Assembly: GCA_963765205.1 (NCBI GenBank)
Contig: CAVXVB010000004.1
Coordinates: 160,001-224,000 of the forward strand
Reading direction: 5' to 3'
Length of the DNA stretch: 64,000 nt
Source: an uncultured Verrucomicrobiae bacterium
Lineage (GTDB): Bacteria; Verrucomicrobiota; Verrucomicrobiia; Opitutales; JABDGR01
This document shows, piece by piece, positions 9,090-19,101 of this stretch. The notes beneath the pieces were generated by a model. The model saw nothing but the letters and a program-made list of their open reading frames with translations, was not told the DNA's origin and made no database searches. Each line of letters starts with the position of its first letter. The first letter of the stretch is position 1. Position numbers and translations under genes: made by a program.

Positions 9090-10670
9090 ATGTTCAAATT
9101 TTTCAAAAAGACGGCGGCTTCGTCTGCGCCGGCACCCCCGCGTCCGCCGGCGACTTACTGGCTGACGCGCTTCGTGTTATTGCGCCTGCTGGGCGCTGTG
9201 TATGCGGTCGCGTTTCTCGTTGCCGCGAACCAAAACCTCCCACTGATTGGCGCACAGGGGTTGACGCCGCTGGCGCCGTTGGTGGACGCAGCGATTAGCC
9301 AACAGGGCACATGGGCGTTGTTTCTCAAAGTGCCGTCGCTGTTCTGGTTCAACCATTCGGATGCGATGCTGCAGGGCATGGCTTGGGCGGGTTTCGCGCT
9401 GGCCTGCGTGGTGGTGGCGGGCTACGCGAACGCGCTGATCATGCTCGCGCTGTGGGCCATCTACATGTCGTTCGTACATCTCGGTCTCGAGTGGTATGGC
9501 TACGGCTGGGAAATCCAATTGCTCGAAACCGGGTTCCTCGCCGTGTTTTTGTGCCCGTTGTGGGACGCGTGCCCGTTTCCCCGCCGCGCGCCGCCGACGG
9601 TGGTGCTGTGGCTGTTTCGCTGGCTGGCTTTCCGCATCATGCTGGGCGCGGGCCTCATCAAGTTGCGCGGCGACCCGGTGTGGCGCGACTTCACCGCGTT
9701 GTATTACCACTTTGAGACGCAGCCCATTCCGAACGGCCTGAGCCGCTGGTTTCATTTTCTGCCGCCGCTGGTGCTGCGCGTGGGCGTGGGGCTGAACCAT
9801 GTGGCAGAACTGGTCGCACCCTGGTTCGTGTTCTGGCCCCGGCTAGCGCGGCACCTCGCCGGCGCGTTCATCGTGGTGTTTCAATTCACGCTGATTTTGA
9901 GCGGCAACCTTTCCTTCCTCAACTGGCTCACCATCGTTTCCGCGCTCGCGTGTTTCGACGATTCAGTTTGGCGCCGAATTTTGCCGCGAGTGCTAACGCG
10001 CCGGGCCGAGGCCGCTGCGGTATCCGCCGTGCCCTGCGCTTCCATGCAGTGGGTGGCGTGGACGTATGCGGGCATCGTCGCGTTTCTCAGTTATCCGGTG
10101 GTGGTGAATCTGGCCTCGCCACAGCAGCAGATGAATAATTCCTTCGATCCGCTGGGACTCGTCAATACCTACGGCGCGTTCGGCACCGTGGGCAAAGAGC
10201 GCCTCAACGTCGTCTTCGAGGGCACCGACGACCTCGTGCCCGATGAAAACGCGCTCTGGAAGCCGTATCCCTACAAGGGCCTGCCGGTGGATGTGATGAA
10301 GCGCCCGCCGCAAATCGCGCCCTACCAGTTGCGCCTCGATTGGCAGATGTGGTTCGCCGCGATGAGTTCTCCGGGACAATATCCCTTCACCATCAACGTC
10401 GTCTGGAAACTTTTGCACAACGACCTCGGCACCCTCAGCCTGTTTGCGGACAATCCATTTCCCGGCCAGCCCCCGCGTTTTGTGCGCGCGCGGCTTTATA
10501 AATACAGTTTCGCCCCGCCGGGCAACCCCGCAGGGGCGTATTGGACGCGCGAGGATCGCGGCAACTGGCTCCCGCCGCTGGCGGCGGACAACCCCTCGCT
10601 GCAAGCCGAACTGGCCCGCCGGCACTGGCTCGACGCCGCTCCGGCCGCAGCGCAGGCAACGCCGAAGTGA
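9090..10670 (+). CDS. Lipase maturation factor (LMF) family membrane protein
   Basis: YGWEIQLLETGFL, YYHFETQPIP, LSGNLSFLNWLT, APYQLRLDWQMWFAA motifs; ATG at 9090. Confidence 0.9.
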   Translation: MFKFFKKTAASSAPAPPRPPATYWLTRFVLLRLLGAVYAVAFLVAANQNLPLIGAQGLTPLAPLVDAAISQQGTWALFLKVPSLFWFNHSDAMLQGMAWAGFALACVVVAGYANALIMLALWAIYMSFVHLGLEWYGYGWEIQLLETGFLAVFLCPLWDACPFPRRAPPTVVLWLFRWLAFRIMLGAGLIKLRGDPVWRDFTALYYHFETQPIPNGLSRWFHFLPPLVLRVGVGLNHVAELVAPWFVFWPRLARHLAGAFIVVFQFTLILSGNLSFLNWLTIVSALACFDDSVWRRILPRVLTRRAEAAAVSAVPCASMQWVAWTYAGIVAFLSYPVVVNLASPQQQMNNSFDPLGLVNTYGAFGTVGKERLNVVFEGTDDLVPDENALWKPYPYKGLPVDVMKRPPQIAPYQLRLDWQMWFAAMSSPGQYPFTINVVWKLLHNDLGTLSLFADNPFPGQPPRFVRARLYKYSFAPPGNPAGAYWTREDRGNWLPPLAADNPSLQAELARRHWLDAAPAAAQATPK

Positions 10671-10673
10671 GGC

Positions 10674-11054
10674 TCAGCCCCCGGTGCCCGTGCCGCGCGC
10701 AGCGGTGCCGCGCGGACCGGTGCCGCGTGGGCCACGAGCCGCATCGGCAAATTCTTCGGGATGGGCTTCGGCGTAGTCAATGCCGGCCTGCACGTCTTTA
10801 ATGGCTTGGTCGACGCTCGCGATGGCCTTCTCGCGGTAGCCGCCTTTGTCGGGGCGCGCCAAATCAAGCTGGTTGCGGGCTTCGCGGAGCCGGAGGATGG
10901 ATATATCCATGTGCGGCTGATGGCTGGGGTGGGCGGTGCCGGCGGGCGGCGCGGAAGTCGTTTCCGTCGTTGCGGCTTGGGCAATGACGAAGCTGCCGCC
11001 GACGGCGGAGACGATGGTGAGTGCTGCGAGGATGGGTTTCCAGTGAGTTTTCAT
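10674..11054 (-). CDS. Small secreted helical protein
   Basis: Signal peptide; PHM...LREARNQLDLARPDKGGYREKAIASVDQAIKDVQAGIDYA; RGT-repeat tail. Confidence 0.75.
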   Translation of the reverse strand: MKTHWKPILAALTIVSAVGGSFVIAQAATTETTSAPPAGTAHPSHQPHMDISILRLREARNQLDLARPDKGGYREKAIASVDQAIKDVQAGIDYAEAHPEEFADAARGPRGTGPRGTAARGTGTGG

Positions 11055-11224
11055 GATGATTTCCTTTTGAGATGAGGGGGTGAGGAGATGAGGGGGTAGG
11101 AAAAATAGCCGGCGGGGGCCACACTAAACTATTTACTTATGATAAACATTAAACCCCGCGCCGCCACTGAAAATTCGTTAAAAAAGGGTTAAAACGAACG
11201 TGGTGTTTTTTTACGCCGGCGGTC

Positions 11225-11650
11225 TTACGTCGGTGGAATTGAAAAAATTTCCACCGCCCCGGCGCGGGCCAGTTGCGCGGGCGTCATGACGTAGACCCAG
11301 GCCTCGCCAAGCGAGGCGGACGCGGCGGAATCATCATCGGCAAAACACGCCGCGCGCACGCGTTGGTAATCGTTTTGTTCGGGCGACCGCGCGGCCTCGA
11401 AGCCTTCGAGCCGGTCGAAATTTTGCAGGACGGCATCGTCCCGCAGCACCAACCGCCAGCCCCGGATCCACCGCAAATCTTCGCCCTCCGTGGCCAGCGC
11501 CAGATAACCATCGTGTAACTGATACGCCCGCCCGCGCACCCGCGCCGGTGTGCTTTCCGCGACCCGGCCCTCGCAGAAGCGCGCCCAGTTCGACCCGCGC
11601 GGCACGAGCGAGCCGTAAACAAAGACCGCGAGATCCACATTGTCTCTCAT
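11225..11650 (-). CDS. Gamma-glutamylcyclotransferase (AIG2/GGCT-like) family protein
   Basis: VFVYGSL, FDRLEG, YQR, AWVYV motifs; ATG at 11650. Confidence 0.85.
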   Translation of the reverse strand: MRDNVDLAVFVYGSLVPRGSNWARFCEGRVAESTPARVRGRAYQLHDGYLALATEGEDLRWIRGWRLVLRDDAVLQNFDRLEGFEAARSPEQNDYQRVRAACFADDDSAASASLGEAWVYVMTPAQLARAGAVEIFSIPPT

Positions 11651-11772
11651 GCGCCCATCATGCCACCCTCGCCCGCCCCACCCAAGCCGGATTTTTCCTT
11701 GGCCCGCCGAACCCCCATCTCTATACTTTCCCGTTCCCGTCTTCGGTGCGGCCTCCGAACTCAGCATTCAGC

Positions 11773-13132
11773 ATGAACCGAGTCCACCTCAAAACTTATG
11801 GCTGCCAGATGAACGAACGCGACTCCGAAGCGGTCGCGGCGCTCCTGCGCGCGCGGGGCTATGCGCTGGTCGAGGACGAGGCGCTGGCGGACATCGTGCT
11901 GCTCAACACCTGTTCCGTGCGCGATTTGGCCGAGCAGAAGGCCATGGGCAAAGCCGCCCACCTGGCCAAACGCAAGCGGCGCAACCCGCGCTTCATCGTG
12001 GGCATTCTTGGCTGCATGGCCCAAAACCGCGGCGCGAACTTGCTTGACCGGCTGCCGGATTTGGATCTCGTCGTGGGCACGCAGAAATTCCACCGCGTGC
12101 CGGACCACCTCGATAATTTGCTCGCAACGATCCGCGGCGAAGGCCCGTGCCCCGCTACACTCGTGGGACCTCGACGCCGAGGCGGGTTCGCAAAACGAAA
12201 TCCGTGGGCACATGAGCGTGGACGGCGCACCGCAAGTCTCGGCCTACGTCTCCATCATGCAAGGGTGCAACATGCACTGCACGTTTTGCATTGTGCCGAA
12301 AACCCGCGGGTCGGAACGCTCGCGGCCACTCGACGAAATCGTGCGTGAGGCCGAAGAACTGGTGACGAACGGGACGCGCGAGATCACCTTGCTCGGGCAA
12401 ATCGTCACCAGCTACGGGCGGCGCGAATATCCGATGGTCAGCGGCAAAACACCGTTCGTACAATTGCTCGAACGCTTGCACGCGCTCCCGCAATTGCATC
12501 GCCTTCGCTTCACCTCGCCCCACCCCAGCGGGTTCAAGTCCGATTTGATCGCGGCGTATCGCGATCTTCCCAAACTCGGCGAATACGCGCACCTGCCCGT
12601 GCAAAGCGGTTCTGACCGGATGCTGCGGGCGATGAACCGGCCCTACACGCGCGATTCCTACCGGCGGCTCATTGAACAGCTGCGCGCGGCCCAGCCCAAA
12701 ATGTGGTTCTCAACGGATGTAATCGTCGGCTTCCCCGGCGAGACGGACGAGGATTTTACGGCCACACGTGATTTGTTCCGCGACGTCGGCTTCGAGATGG
12801 CGTATCTGTTCAAATACTCAACCCGCACTGGCACGCCCGCGGCAGAAATGCCCGACCAGGTGCCCGCCGAAGTCGCCGAGGCGCGCCACAGGGAATTGAT
12901 GGCACTACTAGAACAACGCTCACTCGCCCGCCATCAGGAACTCGTCGGTACGACGCAGGAAGTGCTCGCCCAGGAACCGGCGCGGCGTCCTCCAGGCCGC
13001 TTGCTGGGGCGCACGCGCGGCTTTCGCAAGGTGTTCTTTGACGCGCCCAGGCACCGCCTCGGCGAACTTGTCCCCGTGCGCATCACCCGCGCGACGGTTG
13101 CAGCGCTGGAGGGGGAGATTGGGGAATGCTGA
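11773..13132 (+). CDS. miaB: tRNA-2-methylthio-N6-dimethylallyladenosine synthase MiaB with an apparent +1 frameshift near 12166 (likely sequencing error)
   Basis: KTYGCQMNERDS and LNTCSVR in one frame; GCNMHCTFC radical SAM motif and TRAM domain in the next; removing one G from GTGGGACCTC joins them. Confidence 0.9.
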
Positions 13133-13267
13133 ATTCGGAGTGCTGAATTCGGAATGGAAAATCGCAAGCAGGGTGTCTTGTTTTTGTTTGCGGAATTATT
13201 TTTACAACTTACGATTTTCCTTTCACCCCGCTTTTGATTCAGCATTCCGAACTCAACATTCCGAACT
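13124..13267. repeat. Inverted heptamer-array element (GAATGCT/GAATTCG ... ATTCAGC/ATTCCGA)
   Basis: Left arm supplies the miaB stop (GAA TGC TGA); right arm ends 6 bp before the next ATG. Confidence 0.85.
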
Positions 13268-13273
13268 TTTACC

Positions 13274-13828
13274 ATGTCCCTCTTTGCCGTCACCCTCTCC
13301 GCCGCCGCGCTACTGCTGGTTTTTGGTGCGATCCTCCTGTGGAGCGGGCCGTTGGTTGAGCGGGTGGCGAAGGCGTTTCCGCGGTCGCAACTGGCTGCCA
13401 TCGTGTTCTTCGGGGCGGCGGCCTTATGGTTTCTGGATTTGCTGAGCCAGCTTGGCCCCGCCGACTTTGGCGAATACCGGCAACTGCTCGTGATTATTTT
13501 CGCCGCAGTCGGCCTTGGCGCGTTTTTTGTGGCCAAGGATTTTCTCGCGGTACGCGGAGTGGCCATCCTGCTGCTCCTGGCGGCCAGGCCCGCCCTGGAC
13601 GCCTCTCTCGTTTACACCCCGCCGCCGTCATCGCGCGTGTGGCTGAATGCGTTTGTTTATGTGGTGATTGTGCTTTCGATTTATCTCGGCACCACACCCT
13701 ATCAGGCGCGCGATATCATCGCCTGGCTTTACGTGAAGCCGGGCCGGGCGCGGGCGCTGGGGGCGGTATGCGCGGGATACGGTCTTGCCCTTGCCGCGCT
13801 GGCGTCCACCTATCATGGGAAATATTAA
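13274..13828 (+). CDS. Hypothetical integral membrane protein
   Basis: 184-aa ORF with about 6 hydrophobic helices and typical codon usage. Confidence 0.75.
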   Translation: MSLFAVTLSAAALLLVFGAILLWSGPLVERVAKAFPRSQLAAIVFFGAAALWFLDLLSQLGPADFGEYRQLLVIIFAAVGLGAFFVAKDFLAVRGVAILLLLAARPALDASLVYTPPPSSRVWLNAFVYVVIVLSIYLGTTPYQARDIIAWLYVKPGRARALGAVCAGYGLALAALASTYHGKY

Positions 13829-13924
13829 AATGGGGTGCGGTGAATTTTCCGCGGGAGGATGCGCCGGCCGCCCGGATTGAAAATTTAAATTTTGTTAAAA
13901 AATTTTCCGCCGCCCGATTCGCCG

Positions 13925-13953
13925 TTGCCTTTCCCGGTTTGGAATCGTAAACT
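13925..13953 (+). promoter_or_regulatory. Sigma70-like promoter for gmk
   Basis: TTGCCT-N17-TAAACT. Confidence 0.5.
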
Positions 13954-13991
13954 ACCCATTATTAAGTTTATCAGCCAACCTACTCCTGCTC

Positions 13992-14651
13992 ATGCCGGCA
14001 CTTCCGACATTACCTGATGGCCCCGGGCTGATTTTTGTTTTTTCCGGCCCCTCGGGGAGCGGAAAAACCACGTTGTGCGACGCGCTCATCGCCAATGTGC
14101 CGCGCGCCAAGCGCCTCATCACCTGCACCAGCCGCGCGCCCCGGATTGGTGAGCAGGACAGCGTAGACTACCGGTTTTTGACGCCGGCACAATTCAACAC
14201 GGCCCTGGCTGCGGGGGAGTTTTTCGAGCATGCCCTGGTGCATGGCAACCATTACGGCTCGCGGCGCCGGGATGTCATCATGCTGATTGACCAGCGCCAG
14301 GATGTCGTCTTCAACGTGGATGTGCAGGGTGCCGCGACCATCCGCAAAACCGCCGCCGCCGAGCCGTTGCTGGCCGGCCGGCTGGTCACCATTTTCGTCG
14401 TGCCGCCGTCCATCGCAGAATTGCGCCGGCGTTTGCAAAGCCGCTCGCAGGACCGACCCGAGGAAATTGAGCGGCGCCTGCGGGCCGCCGCGGAGGAGGT
14501 CACGCACTGGCGGGAATTCGACTATGTCCTGCCCAGCGGTACCCGCGAGGAGGACGTGGAGCGCCTGCTCACCATTTACCACGCCGAACGCTTGCGCGTG
14601 CGCCCCGGCTCGAAACTCCCGGCCGACTGGACTTACGCGCTGCCGCAGTGA
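13992..14651 (+). CDS. gmk: Guanylate kinase
   Basis: GPSGSGKTT, TSRAPRIGEQDSVDYRF, VHGNHYG, DVQGA. Confidence 0.95.
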   Translation: MPALPTLPDGPGLIFVFSGPSGSGKTTLCDALIANVPRAKRLITCTSRAPRIGEQDSVDYRFLTPAQFNTALAAGEFFEHALVHGNHYGSRRRDVIMLIDQRQDVVFNVDVQGAATIRKTAAAEPLLAGRLVTIFVVPPSIAELRRRLQSRSQDRPEEIERRLRAAAEEVTHWREFDYVLPSGTREEDVERLLTIYHAERLRVRPGSKLPADWTYALPQ

Positions 14652-14725
14652 GGGGCGACTTGGCAGCATCTTGGGCGCCGCAAAACGGCGCCTCTAAAAT
14701 GAGCCAGCACACGGCGCGCTTGACT

Positions 14726-15619
14726 TCATTGAAAAAGGTTACCCAGGTGTCCGCCCGCGCCCGCGCTCCCGACGAAGGCCATGATCATGCCGAAAAAGAC
14801 GACGATGAACACAATCATCACCACAAACATGATGATGCGATAAATTCCCATCAACTTGAAATAAAACCGCAACTGGTCGAGCACTCCGATCATATCCGCC
14901 TCCGACCCCGTGAAGGCGGCCTCCTGCGCCTTGGCGGCCGCTTTCCATAGCACGACGCCCAGCCAGATCGGCAGCCAGCAGATCACGATCCCCGGGCCAA
15001 ACACCATCCCCGCGCCGGAGATAAATGACAGGATTGCCAGGAACTTCATCCAGCCGCCCGCCTCCGTCAAGATCACCGCCAGGCGTTTAATTAACTGGGT
15101 GGAATCCGTTCCCGCCTGCCCGGAGTTTTGCGCCAGGGTGTGCGCCAGCGACGGCGACACCTGCGGCGAGAGGGTGAAACCCGATACCGACGACGCGCCT
15201 GCAGCATTTAATTCCGGCACCGAGCCGAGTGTTTGATACGACCCGCCTTCGGCCAGGCGCACCTGCGTCTGCGCGTTGGCGCGGCCTTCCCTCGCCCATT
15301 GACGCAATTGCTCCGCGCTCACGGGGCCGTATTCCTTCCCGTCGCCGCCTTGCATAAAATAGTTGGCACCAGGCCCGCTGGGCGCAACCGTCGGCCCGGG
15401 CGATGGCTGGGCAAATGAGGGCGCGTAGCCCGACCCTGACGCCGGCACCGCGACGTTCAATTCGGGCACCACTCCGAGCGCCAAATACGCGCCGCCCTCG
15501 GCCAGGCGCACCTGCGTCTGCCCATTGGCACGGCCCTCCACCATCCACTGCCGCAATTGCTCCGCGCTCACGGGGCCGTATTCTTTGCCGTCCCCGCCTT
15601 GCATGAAATAGTTTGCCAT
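14726..15619 (-). CDS. Tandem GYF_2 (DUF4339) domains plus DUF5362-like membrane domain
   Basis: ANYFMQGGDGKEYGPVSAEQLRQW..EGRAN.QTQVRLAEGG twice; GWMKFLAILSFI...LRFYFKLMGI. Confidence 0.8.
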   Translation of the reverse strand: MANYFMQGGDGKEYGPVSAEQLRQWMVEGRANGQTQVRLAEGGAYLALGVVPELNVAVPASGSGYAPSFAQPSPGPTVAPSGPGANYFMQGGDGKEYGPVSAEQLRQWAREGRANAQTQVRLAEGGSYQTLGSVPELNAAGASSVSGFTLSPQVSPSLAHTLAQNSGQAGTDSTQLIKRLAVILTEAGGWMKFLAILSFISGAGMVFGPGIVICWLPIWLGVVLWKAAAKAQEAAFTGSEADMIGVLDQLRFYFKLMGIYRIIMFVVMIVFIVVFFGMIMAFVGSAGAGGHLGNLFQ

Positions 15620-15730
15620 GACAAAAATTCGATTAGGGGGTTAGTCCATGCCAATTACCTCAATTTGACTCTTCAATACCCCCGCTGGCAAGGCCAAAGC
15701 GGGAGTGGAGCGGTCCAGGGCGCGGCCATT

Positions 15731-15815
15731 TCTGAATCCTGAATGCTGATTTCCAAATTCTCAATTCTTAATTCTGTACTTTGCTTTTTTAATTCAGAAT
15801 TCAGAAATCAGCAAT
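15731..15815. repeat. Inverted heptamer-array element next to the gcvP stop
   Basis: CTGAATC CTGAATG CTGATTT ... AATTCAG AATTCAG AAATCAG. Confidence 0.75.
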
Positions 15816-15817
15816 AA

Positions 15818-18800
15818 TTACACGCCCGCAGCTTTGAGGACCCGCGCCGCAATATCCGCCACCGGCAGCGCGGCCAGCGCGCGAGGGGAGACGCGGTTCT
15901 CATACATCCACGGCAGGCTGCGCAGCGGTTCGCTGAGCACCAGCGCGCGGTGCGCCGCGACATCGTCCACCCGGTCCACCGGCGTGAAATAGGGCGCGCC
16001 CTTGAGCACCGCGGGCCGCTCGCGCACGAGGCGCAAAATCGCCAGCACCGCGTCGGCAAAGCGGTCTAGCTCGGCCTGGGTGTAGCTCTCGGTCGGCTCG
16101 ATCATCAGGCCGAAAGCCTCCGGCCACGCCACCGTCGGCGCGTGGAACCCGAAATCCAAAAACAATTTGCCGATGCGCGGGATCACCGCCGCCGGCGCGA
16201 GGCCCGTCTGCGTCACCCGCATGAAATCCTCCGGCGAAAGGGTCAAAATGAATTCGTGCATCCGCGGCTGTTCTGTGGCCGCCGCGCCCGCCGGCAGGCT
16301 GCCGTAGGGTGGACTGAGTTTTGCATACAGGTAGCGCGACGACAACACGGCCACGGCGGACATCCGCCGCACGCCCGCGCGGCCCAGCCGCAGCAGATAC
16401 GCATACGCGCGCACCTTGTGCGCGAAATTCCCCCAGTGCCGGTGGAACGAGCCGATGCTGCGCGCCGCCTTGACCGCGACAAATTTGCCGCCGCGTTTTT
16501 CGATTTGCTGGCCTGGCAGAAAATCCCGGAGGCGTTCGCTCACCGCGACAATCGCGTCGCCCGGCCCGCCGCCGCCGTGGGGAATCGTCCAGGTCTTGTG
16601 CAAATTGTTGTGCAGCGCGTCCACGCCCAGCGCGGCGAGATTCACCCAGCCGGCAATGGCGTTCATGTTCGCGCCATCCATATAGACGAGGCCGCCCGCG
16701 GCGTGCACGTTGTCGGCGATGCGCTTGAATTCGGTTTCAAAAATTCCGCAGGTGTTCGGGTTGGTGATCATCACGCCAGCGAGGCGCGGGCCGAAGCGCG
16801 CGATTTTCGCCTCGCAATCGGCGAGGTCAATGCGCCCGTCCGGCGCGGCCTCGAGCAGCACGATCCCCGCCGGCTCGCCGTTTTCCTCGCGCGCCACAAA
16901 GCCCGCCATCGCCGCAGTCGCGAAATTCGTGCCGTGCGCGCTTTTCGGAATGAGCAAGACATTGCGGTGGCCCTCGCCCCGCGCGCGATGATAGGCCTGC
17001 ATCATCTTCAGCCCGGCCAGTTCACCTTGCGCGCCCGCCAGCGGCTGCGTGGTGACGGCGGCCAGCCCCGTGATGCCCTTGAACCATTCCTGGATTTCAA
17101 ACAAAACCTCGAGGCAGCCCTGCGTATCCTCCGCTGGTGCCTGCGGATGCGCGTTCACGAAGCCGGGCAAGTTCGCCGCCCAATCGTTCACGCACGGGTT
17201 GTATTTCATCGTGCAGGAACCCAGCGGGTAGCACGCGTCGTCAGGGCTGACATTCAATTCGCCGAGCTTTTGATAATACGCGACCAGCACGTCATGCGAA
17301 AAATGCGGCAGGCCCGCCGGCGCGGCGCGCCAGGCCCGTGCGGGAATTTCCGGAATCGAAACCGCGGGCTCGTTCGCCGGGCACACGCCGAATTCCACGT
17401 CAAAAAAGTTTTCCAGTTTGGCCAAGTCCGCTTCGCTTTGCGCGTCGGTGAACGCCAGCTTGAGCAAATTCCGTCCGCCCTGCAGCCGCGCCGAGACATC
17501 CACGCCCAAGTGCAAGCCCGCGCGGCGCGCGCGCTCGAGCAACAGCGCGACTGGCCGGTCCAGCGCCAGCGCCGGCTCGTTGAAAAATGGCGCGGCAAAC
17601 GCCAGTGCCACGCCCGGCCGCAAAAGTTTTTCCACCGCCGCCACCGCGCGCCGCCGCCCCTGATTCACCGCCTTCGCCAAGCCCTCGTCCCCGCGCTCGA
17701 GCAGCGCCGCGCCGACCAGCGTCGCCAAAAACGCCTGGTTCGAGCAGATGTTCGAGGTCGCCTTGTCCTTGCGGATATGCTGCTCGCGCGTCGAGAGCAC
17801 CATCACGCAGCAATCACGCCCCGCCAAGTCGTGCGCCTTGCCGACAAACCGCCCGGGCGTCGCGCGCACGTCGTTTTTCACGTTCCGATTGTGCCGCACG
17901 GCAAACACGCCCAGGCCCGGCCCGCCGAAATTCGGGCCAATCGCGAGGTGCTGCCCCTCGCCGACCAAAATATCAGCGCCCCGTCCACCCGTGCCCCAAT
18001 GCGCCGGCGGCTTCAATCCACCCGTTGCAAACAAAATCGGGTCCACGACCGCAATCGCCCGCGCGCCGAGTTCGCCCGCCAAATCCGTCAGCGCGTCCAC
18101 GTCTTCGAGCAAGCCGAGGCTGTTGATTTGCGGAAACGCCAGCGCCGCCAGCCGCGGCCCAAGCTCCTGCGCACGTGCCCGCATCACCGTGGGATCAACG
18201 AGGCCTGTCACGGGGTTCGGCGCGACGATTTCGAGCCGCAGGCTCGTCTCCGCCGCGTGCGTGTGGAGCACCTCGAGGTCGCTCGGAAACAACGTGCCCG
18301 CCAACAACACCGTGTCCGCCTCGGGTTTCTCCGCCAGGCGCAGCGCGCAGCAGCACGCCTCGAATAGCGCGCTCGCGCGATCATAAAGCGAGGAATTGAC
18401 CGCCTCGAAGCCCGTCAACTGCGCCATCAAACATTGGTAAATCCAATGCGTCAGCAAGGTGCCCTGGCTGCGCTCCGGCTGGTAGGGCGTGTAGGCCGTA
18501 GTCAAATTGCGGATGCCCGCGACTTTGGCGACGATGGCCGACACGCGGTAAACCGGCAGCCCGTCGCCTAGGAACGCCGCCGCGCTGCGGTTGTTCGCCG
18601 CGAGGGCGGCCATGCGTTCCTGCACGGCCTCGTAGGCCAGCTCATCCGGCAGCGCCAAGGGTGGGTGCGCGCGGATTTCGGCCGGCAGGTGCGCGAACAA
18701 ATCCTCGAGCTTCGCCAGGCCGAGCGCGCGCAACATCGCAGCCAAATCCTCCCCGCTCGCGGGGATGTAGTGGCGCGCCAGTTCCCGCGGCCAGGCGGAG

Positions 18801-18883
18801 GGATCAAAGTCCAGGGGCGGGCGCAAGCCAGCGGCAGCGGCGCGAGCGGCGAGCGACGGGTCAAGAGCAGGCGAAGACGGCAT
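15818..18883 (-). CDS. gcvP: Glycine dehydrogenase (glycine cleavage P protein), single chain
   Basis: TAYTPYQPERSQG, REQHIRKDKATSNICSNQ, PLGSCTMKYNP, PLP lysine in NLHKTWTIPHGGGGPG; ATG at 18883. Confidence 0.95.
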   Translation of the reverse strand: MPSSPALDPSLAARAAAAGLRPPLDFDPSAWPRELARHYIPASGEDLAAMLRALGLAKLEDLFAHLPAEIRAHPPLALPDELAYEAVQERMAALAANNRSAAAFLGDGLPVYRVSAIVAKVAGIRNLTTAYTPYQPERSQGTLLTHWIYQCLMAQLTGFEAVNSSLYDRASALFEACCCALRLAEKPEADTVLLAGTLFPSDLEVLHTHAAETSLRLEIVAPNPVTGLVDPTVMRARAQELGPRLAALAFPQINSLGLLEDVDALTDLAGELGARAIAVVDPILFATGGLKPPAHWGTGGRGADILVGEGQHLAIGPNFGGPGLGVFAVRHNRNVKNDVRATPGRFVGKAHDLAGRDCCVMVLSTREQHIRKDKATSNICSNQAFLATLVGAALLERGDEGLAKAVNQGRRRAVAAVEKLLRPGVALAFAAPFFNEPALALDRPVALLLERARRAGLHLGVDVSARLQGGRNLLKLAFTDAQSEADLAKLENFFDVEFGVCPANEPAVSIPEIPARAWRAAPAGLPHFSHDVLVAYYQKLGELNVSPDDACYPLGSCTMKYNPCVNDWAANLPGFVNAHPQAPAEDTQGCLEVLFEIQEWFKGITGLAAVTTQPLAGAQGELAGLKMMQAYHRARGEGHRNVLLIPKSAHGTNFATAAMAGFVAREENGEPAGIVLLEAAPDGRIDLADCEAKIARFGPRLAGVMITNPNTCGIFETEFKRIADNVHAAGGLVYMDGANMNAIAGWVNLAALGVDALHNNLHKTWTIPHGGGGPGDAIVAVSERLRDFLPGQQIEKRGGKFVAVKAARSIGSFHRHWGNFAHKVRAYAYLLRLGRAGVRRMSAVAVLSSRYLYAKLSPPYGSLPAGAAATEQPRMHEFILTLSPEDFMRVTQTGLAPAAVIPRIGKLFLDFGFHAPTVAWPEAFGLMIEPTESYTQAELDRFADAVLAILRLVRERPAVLKGAPYFTPVDRVDDVAAHRALVLSEPLRSLPWMYENRVSPRALAALPVADIAARVLKAAGV

Positions 18884-18935
18884 CGGGAATGGTTGAACGA
18901 AAACGGGGCGGGTTGCAAGTAAGCAGCAACCGGAA

Positions 18936-19099
18936 AAGTGTGGAGTGTGGAATGTGAAGTGTGTAGTTAAAGCCGTTATTCGACCAATGGGAAAAATTCC
19001 CCGCCTCCACTTTTCGCTTCTGGCCTCCGGCCGCCCGTCTCCTGAATTTACCCTCTGAATTCTGAACTCCACGCTCCACACTCCACCCTTCACGCTTCG
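18936..19099. repeat. Inverted heptamer-array element with a long mixed right arm before nth
   Basis: AAGTGTG GAGTGTG GAATGTG AAGTGTG ... TGAATTC TGAACTC CACGCTC CACACTC CACCCTT CACGCTT. Confidence 0.85.
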
Positions 19100-19101
19100 C
19101 C

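Noticed and set aside
15818..18883. Single-chain gcvP as a novel fusion
   Set aside because: Single-chain P proteins are common.
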